Below are positions 58,921 through 64,000 of a stretch of 64,000 bases of DNA, piece by piece. Source of the DNA: an uncultured delta proteobacterium. Its GTDB lineage: Bacteria; Desulfobacterota; Binatia; Binatales; Binataceae. Where the stretch lies: assembly GCA_963794325.1 (NCBI GenBank), contig CAWCDG010000007.1:192001-256000 (forward strand), given 5' to 3'. The translations under genes were made by a program, and so were the position numbers. The first letter of the stretch is position 1. Every line of letters starts with the position of its first letter. The notes beneath the pieces are model-generated. The model did no database searches and was not told the DNA's origin. It saw only the letters and a program-made list of their open reading frames with translations.

Positions 58921-59277
58921 GTGAATCGAATCATCTCAATTCTTGGCGCATGCGCGATTGTCGCGTGCGCGTTTGCGCCGGCGAGCGCGGGCGACATGGC
59001 GGCGGCCAAGCAGAACTACGATACGTTTTGCGTGAAATGCCACGGCCCCGGCGGCAAGGGCGACGGTCCCGCCGCGGCGACACTTTCGACCAGCCCGCGC
59101 AATTTCACTGACTGCGCCGCGATGGGCAAGATTTCCGACGAGACGATGTTCAACGTGATCAAAAACGGCGGTGCCGCCGCGGGTCTCAGCAAAGACATGC
59201 AGGCGTGGAGCTCCGGCTTCGAGGACGGCGAAATTCACGACCTCGTCGCTTACGTCAGAACCTTCTGCAAGAAGTAG
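58921..59277 (+). CDS. Periplasmic class I monoheme cytochrome c
   Basis: GGAGG SD with GTG start; signal peptide; CVKCHG..GKGDG, PRNFT, distal Met (DMQAW). Confidence 0.9.
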   Translation: MNRIISILGACAIVACAFAPASAGDMAAAKQNYDTFCVKCHGPGGKGDGPAAATLSTSPRNFTDCAAMGKISDETMFNVIKNGGAAAGLSKDMQAWSSGFEDGEIHDLVAYVRTFCKK

Positions 59278-59290
59278 CAGCGCGACCGCG

Positions 59291-61210
59291 ATGAGCGATC
59301 AAAGATCGATCGACGCGACCCCGCGCGATTTGTGGTGGTTTCGCAAGAACGTGCCGTGCCTCGATGCGTGCCCGGTCAAGACCGACGCGGGCCGCTACGT
59401 CCAGCTGATCGCCGAAGGACGGCTGGCGGAAGCTTACCGCGTCGCTCGCTCGCCCAACCCGATCGCCTCGATATGCGGACGCGCATGCGGCGCGCCGTGC
59501 GAGGATGCGTGCCGCCGCGGCAAGATCGATGCGCCCGTGACGATTCGCGCACTCAAGCGCTTTCTCACCGAGCAGTTCGGCCCCGAAGCACTCTTATCGA
59601 AGGGAGTGCGCGAGATGATCGCGGGACCGTCCGGCGGCGGCAGTACCACTCCCGGCCACATCGACATTCCCGGCGCGCGACCGGATGCGGCCGGGTCGAA
59701 GCGCAAGGTTGCCGTCGTCGGCGCGGGGCCCGCCGGTCTCGCATGCGCTAACGATCTCGCGCTGATGGGCTACAGCGTGACGGTGTTCGAGGCGATGGAG
59801 CACGCGGGCGGCATGCTTCGATATGGAATTCCGGCTTACCGCCTGCCACGCGACGTCATCGACTGCCAGGTGAGCGAGATCGAAGACCTCGGCGTCGAGT
59901 TTCGCTACTCCACACCGCTCAAAGCCGGCTTCGGAGTTCGCGAGCTGAAGGCGCAGGGCTACGAAGCAATCTTTCTCGCCGTCGGCGCGTCGCGCGGGCG
60001 CGCGGTGCCGATCGAGGGCAGCGATGCCGACGGCGTGATCAAGGCGATCGACTATCTGCTCAATATCAATCGCGGCTACCGCGTTCCTCTCGGCGGCAAG
60101 GTCGTCGTCATCGGTGGCGGTCTCGTCGCAATCGATGCGGCGCGAACCGCTGTACGCGCGCTCGTACCCGGACTCGTCATGTCCGACGAGGAAGAGCAGA
60201 GCGTCGAGGCAGGTGCGATGCGCGTTGCGCTGGACGCGGCCCGCGAAGCAGCCCGGCGCGGCGCGCTCGAAGTTACCGTCGCGAGCCTCGAGTCCGATGC
60301 CGAGATGCCGGCGATGAAATCGGCGCAGGGCCGCGAGGAACTGGACATCGCGCGCGAAGAGGGCGTCACCTTCATGCCCGGATGGGGGCCGAAACGAGTC
60401 GTCATCCGCGACGGCCACGCCGTCGGAATCGAGCTGGTGAAATGCGTCAAGGTATTCGACGAGGCCGGCCGCTTCCGCCCGCAGTTCGACGAGACCAATA
60501 AGCGCGTGATTGACGCCGACGCTGTGATCCTCGCGATCGGCCAGGCGCCGGACCTGTCATTCGTCACGCCCGAAGACGGCGTCTCGGTCACGCCGGCGGG
60601 CACGCTGAAGATCGATCCCGTCACGCTCGAAACCGGCATCGCAGGAGTATTCGCAGGTGGCGATGCGGCCTTTCCCCCGAGTCTTCTGATCACATGCGCG
60701 CAGCATGGCAAGGTCGCCGCGCGCGGAATCGACGCATACCTGCGCGGCAAGCCGCTCGGCCAGCCGCGGATGCACGTCACGATCGAGGAACTCCCGACCG
60801 ACACCTACAAGATGGTCGATCAATACGAAAAGAAGCATCGCGATATCCCGCTGGTGCCGCTCTCGCGCCGCACCGGAATCACCGAAGTCGAGAGTACCTT
60901 CACTGCCGACGACGCGCGCGAGCAGGCCGACCGATGCCTCTACTGCCATATCCATCCGATCTACGACGGCGCGAAATGCATCCTGTGCAATCGATGCGTC
61001 GACATCTGTCCCGAGCACTGCCTGCACTTCACCCTCGCCGAAGAAATCGCCGACCAGGAACGCGTCGCCGGCGTGATCCCCGAAGCGCAGATGCGCAGCG
61101 CGTTTCTCTACGACGAAGCCAAATGCATCCGATGCGGCCTGTGTGCGACCCGATGCCCCACCTCGGCAATCACGATGGAGCGCTTCCAGTTCGAAGAGAC
61201 GGCCGGCTGA
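59291..61210 (+). CDS. GltD/NfnB/DsrL-like FAD- and NAD(P)-binding iron-sulfur oxidoreductase with C-terminal 2[4Fe-4S] domain
   Basis: PCLDACP, CGRACGAPCEDAC, GAGPAG, YGIP.YRLP, IGGG.VAID, GGD, ADRCLYC, CILCNRCVDICP, CIRCGLCATRCP; no signal peptide. Confidence 0.9.
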   Translation: MSDQRSIDATPRDLWWFRKNVPCLDACPVKTDAGRYVQLIAEGRLAEAYRVARSPNPIASICGRACGAPCEDACRRGKIDAPVTIRALKRFLTEQFGPEALLSKGVREMIAGPSGGGSTTPGHIDIPGARPDAAGSKRKVAVVGAGPAGLACANDLALMGYSVTVFEAMEHAGGMLRYGIPAYRLPRDVIDCQVSEIEDLGVEFRYSTPLKAGFGVRELKAQGYEAIFLAVGASRGRAVPIEGSDADGVIKAIDYLLNINRGYRVPLGGKVVVIGGGLVAIDAARTAVRALVPGLVMSDEEEQSVEAGAMRVALDAAREAARRGALEVTVASLESDAEMPAMKSAQGREELDIAREEGVTFMPGWGPKRVVIRDGHAVGIELVKCVKVFDEAGRFRPQFDETNKRVIDADAVILAIGQAPDLSFVTPEDGVSVTPAGTLKIDPVTLETGIAGVFAGGDAAFPPSLLITCAQHGKVAARGIDAYLRGKPLGQPRMHVTIEELPTDTYKMVDQYEKKHRDIPLVPLSRRTGITEVESTFTADDAREQADRCLYCHIHPIYDGAKCILCNRCVDICPEHCLHFTLAEEIADQERVAGVIPEAQMRSAFLYDEAKCIRCGLCATRCPTSAITMERFQFEETAG

Positions 61211-61671
61211 TGGACGGCGATCGGCGAAAAATCCTGCGCTTCATCGGCAAGGGCTCGGTGTTGGCGGCGTTCCTCGCGCAGATCGGCGCGGCCGGCCGCG
61301 CGTTTTTCCCCAACGTGCTCTACGAGCCGCCGAACCGCTTCAAACTCAAGAAGCCCGACGATTACCCCGACGGCTACACGCTCGATGCGACGCATCGCCT
61401 TTACGTGATCCGCCAGAAAGATGCGTTCCACGTTATCTCCGCGATATGCACGCATCTCGGATGCAACGTGCAGTGGATGGACACCGAGTTCGACTGCCCG
61501 TGCCACGGCAGCCGCTTCCGTCCCGACGGCACGGTTATCGCGGGACCCGCGCCGCGTCCTCTCGATTGGTTTGCGACTACGGTTTCGCCCGACGGGTATC
61601 TCGAAGTCGATAGCTCAAAAGACGTTGCGCGCGACTTCCAGTTGATAATCGGCGGAAAGGCCAAGGCCTAG
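61210..61671 (+). CDS. Rieske iron-sulfur subunit of a Rieske/cytochrome b complex
   Basis: Twin-arginine leader DRRKIL plus TM segment; CTHLGC, CPCHGS, GPAPRPL. Confidence 0.93.
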   Translation: MDGDRRKILRFIGKGSVLAAFLAQIGAAGRAFFPNVLYEPPNRFKLKKPDDYPDGYTLDATHRLYVIRQKDAFHVISAICTHLGCNVQWMDTEFDCPCHGSRFRPDGTVIAGPAPRPLDWFATTVSPDGYLEVDSSKDVARDFQLIIGGKAKA

Positions 61672-61673
61672 CG

Positions 61674-62975
61674 GTGGGCGACAAAATCAAGGCGCTCTGG
61701 CGCAAGACTTCGTGGGCATGGTCGCCCGAAAGCGATCGCGAATCCTCCGAGGCCATCGTCAAAAATTTCTGGCTGCACTGGTTCCCGGCCAAAGTCGCGC
61801 GCGCCAGCATGGACTGGAACTACTCGTTCTGGCTCGGCACCGCGTCCGCGTCGCTGCTGCTAATCCTCACCGTCACCGGCGTGATGCTGATGTTCTTTTA
61901 CGTGCCCTCTACCGAGCGCGCCTACGGCAGCATCAAGGATTTGCAGTACGCCGTCAGCTTCGGCCGCCTGCTCAGAAACCAGCACCGATGGGCCGCCGAG
62001 GGCATGGTCGCCGTCGTGTACATCCACATGGCGCGAGTATTCTTCACCGGCGCCTACCGTGGCCCCCGCGCAATCAACTGGGTAGCCGGCGTCGTCCTCT
62101 TCCTCGCGACGCTGTTCTTATCGTTCACCGGCTACTTGCTGCCATGGGACCAGCTCGCATTCTGGGCAATCACAGTCGGCACCAGCATCGCAAAGCAGGC
62201 GCCATTCGTCGGACCAACAATTCAGTTCATTCTTCTGGGCGGCCATGAAATCGGACAGCAGACGCTGCTCCGATTTTACGTGCTGCACGTTTTTTTCCTG
62301 CCGGTCTTCGTCTGGATCCTGTTCGCCTATCACATGTGGCGCGTCCGCAAGGACGGCGGCCTCGCGGCGGTCGAGCGCATCCGCAATGACCGCGTGATGG
62401 TGCCGAAGGCGACGCCGAAGACCAAGAGCTACTCGCTGTTTGGAATTACGCCGGGCACGTCGGTGGCTGTGATGAGCTCGACGGGCCTCGAAGAATCCGA
62501 CCAGGTTTTCTCGTCGCCGAACATGTCGCGGCGAATCGCGCTGGTCTTCCTGATCGTGTTCAACCTCACCCTGCTCGCCGCGATCCTGTTCAACGCACCG
62601 CTCGAAGGTCTCGCCAATCCTGCTGTCACACCGAATCCGGCGAAGGCGCCCTGGTACTTCGTCTGGCTGCAGGAGCTGGTCGCGTCGACCACGATTCGCC
62701 TTGGCGATTTCACCGTCAGCGGTGCGCTGCTCGGTGGAATACTGCTGCCGGGATTTCTACTCGCGGTGCTGACGGCGTGGCCGTGGCTCGATCGTTCGCC
62801 ACGTCGCGCGGAAGGGCGATGGCTCGCGCCCGAGCGCAAGCGCCAGAATGCGACCTTCGCCATCGCGACCCTCGCGATCATCATCCTGATCATGGTCGGG
62901 GTTTATCTGCGCGGTCCCTACTGGCGAATCTACTGGCCCGGCCAACCGCGCCCCGAGACGCCGCGGCTCTACTGA
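61674..62975 (+). CDS. Cytochrome b (b6-like domain fused to a subunit IV-like domain)
   Basis: Four heme His (QHRW/IHMAR; LHV/YHM), TGYLLPWDQ..FWA, P.TPNP.KAPWYF (PEWY equivalent). Confidence 0.93.
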   Translation: MGDKIKALWRKTSWAWSPESDRESSEAIVKNFWLHWFPAKVARASMDWNYSFWLGTASASLLLILTVTGVMLMFFYVPSTERAYGSIKDLQYAVSFGRLLRNQHRWAAEGMVAVVYIHMARVFFTGAYRGPRAINWVAGVVLFLATLFLSFTGYLLPWDQLAFWAITVGTSIAKQAPFVGPTIQFILLGGHEIGQQTLLRFYVLHVFFLPVFVWILFAYHMWRVRKDGGLAAVERIRNDRVMVPKATPKTKSYSLFGITPGTSVAVMSSTGLEESDQVFSSPNMSRRIALVFLIVFNLTLLAAILFNAPLEGLANPAVTPNPAKAPWYFVWLQELVASTTIRLGDFTVSGALLGGILLPGFLLAVLTAWPWLDRSPRRAEGRWLAPERKRQNATFAIATLAIIILIMVGVYLRGPYWRIYWPGQPRPETPRLY

Positions 62976-62976
62976 C

Positions 62977-63903
62977 ATGGCCGACAAGCGCGAATCATTC
63001 GAATCGAAGGACTTCGGCTGGATGGTCGCGATGTCGATCCTGTTCCTCGCGCTGGTCGTGGTCTGCTTCTGGATAGAGTTCAGCACCGAGTGGGGAGGCT
63101 ATCAACGAGAGTTTCCGCAGTTGCTCGGTCACTACGGCAAGGTGGAGGACGCGCGCGACTTCCGCCCGGGGATTCAGCAAATCTGGATTCCCAAGATTGG
63201 TGTCACCGATCGATGCATCACGTGTCACCTGGGTTATGAATGGTCGTCGGTGTTGCCGGCTACGATCGCCGAGCCGCTGAAGCCGCATCCGATGAACGAC
63301 TGGATTGCGAAGCATGAGTTCGCGAAGTTCGGATGCACGCCGTGTCACGGCGGTGACGGAGCAGCGACCACTGTCATGGGGGCGCATCAGGGCGGTCGGG
63401 GATGGGAAGATCCGATGCTCTCGCGCGCGCTCGCGGACCAAAATGGGCTCACGATGAACGAGATGATGCAGATGCGATGCAACTTTTGTCATCGCCACGA
63501 TGCCGCTACTCCGGGGATGGACGAGATCAATCTCGCCAAGGTGCTATTCAAGAAGAAAAAATGCCTGCTCTGCCACGTCGTCGAAGGCCGCGGCGGCGCC
63601 ACCGGCCCCGAGCTGACCTACGAAGGCGACCGGAATCCGGAACTGCTGAACTTCGCACACGTAACCGGTGATCACACGATGTTCAACTGGAACGTCCAGC
63701 ATCTGACCAAGGCCAGCGCGGTCTCGCCGAAAACCGCGATGCCTGATTTCAACTTCAAGCCCGACGAGTCGCGAGCGCTAACCCTCCTGCTGCTAAGTTG
63801 GCGCCGCCTCACCTACCCCCCGGAATACATCCCCGACCCCGAAGTAGCCGCATCCGCAACGCAACCATCGCCAACCCCAACCGCAACTCCTGTCGCGCGT
63901 TGA
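62977..63903 (+). CDS. Membrane-anchored tetraheme cytochrome c
   Basis: N-terminal TM helix; CITCH, CTPCH, CNFCH, CLLCH; C-terminal class I domain GPEL...MP. Confidence 0.92.
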   Translation: MADKRESFESKDFGWMVAMSILFLALVVVCFWIEFSTEWGGYQREFPQLLGHYGKVEDARDFRPGIQQIWIPKIGVTDRCITCHLGYEWSSVLPATIAEPLKPHPMNDWIAKHEFAKFGCTPCHGGDGAATTVMGAHQGGRGWEDPMLSRALADQNGLTMNEMMQMRCNFCHRHDAATPGMDEINLAKVLFKKKKCLLCHVVEGRGGATGPELTYEGDRNPELLNFAHVTGDHTMFNWNVQHLTKASAVSPKTAMPDFNFKPDESRALTLLLLSWRRLTYPPEYIPDPEVAASATQPSPTPTATPVAR

Positions 63904-64000
63904 CCCTGCGAATCCGGGGTCAGGTTCCAAGCACGATTGTTCCCGACGCCTTGGCGGCTTTGATGAGGTTCTGATCCAAAGTGGCGAGCGGAAGTTTGCG

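Noticed and set aside
60930-60952. CLYCH in the flavoprotein as a c-type heme site
   Set aside because: The protein has no export signal, and ADRCLYC corresponds to the EAxRCLxC Fe-S ligand motif of GltD/NfnB-type proteins.

Overview
A GC-rich bacterial chromosomal window with dense metabolic genes. I found no CRISPR array, prophage, integrase or transposase. The gene mix (many LLM, amidohydrolase, acyl-CoA dehydrogenase and P450 genes, plus a Gram-negative porin) suggests a soil diderm such as Binatota or a deltaproteobacteria-like lineage; this is inference only. Main content: tRNA-Asn, a Re-citrate synthase-like gene, an orphan nuoI, thiC, moeZ, asd and several catabolic mini-clusters. Two loci stand out. 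(1) A SAM-I riboswitch-led sulfur-carrier operon: ThiF-A, a threonine synthase-like enzyme, a MoaD/CysO-like carrier ending GG-R, CysM, a stand-alone NIL protein, ThiF-B and a HAD, followed by cysC-sat. Its two ThiF proteins are reciprocally incomplete and look like a heterodimeric (split) E1. (2) An operon behind a sigma54-type motif that encodes a porin, two monoheme cytochromes, a GltD/NfnB-like flavo-iron-sulfur protein, a Rieske protein, cytochrome b and a tetraheme cytochrome c. Intergenic DNA carries at least four families of palindromic repeats, and flanking coding DNA shows an apparent orientation-dependent C/G skew near some of them. Six genes carry single-base insertions that look like sequencing errors. 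All calls come from motif recognition by eye; no database searches were run.
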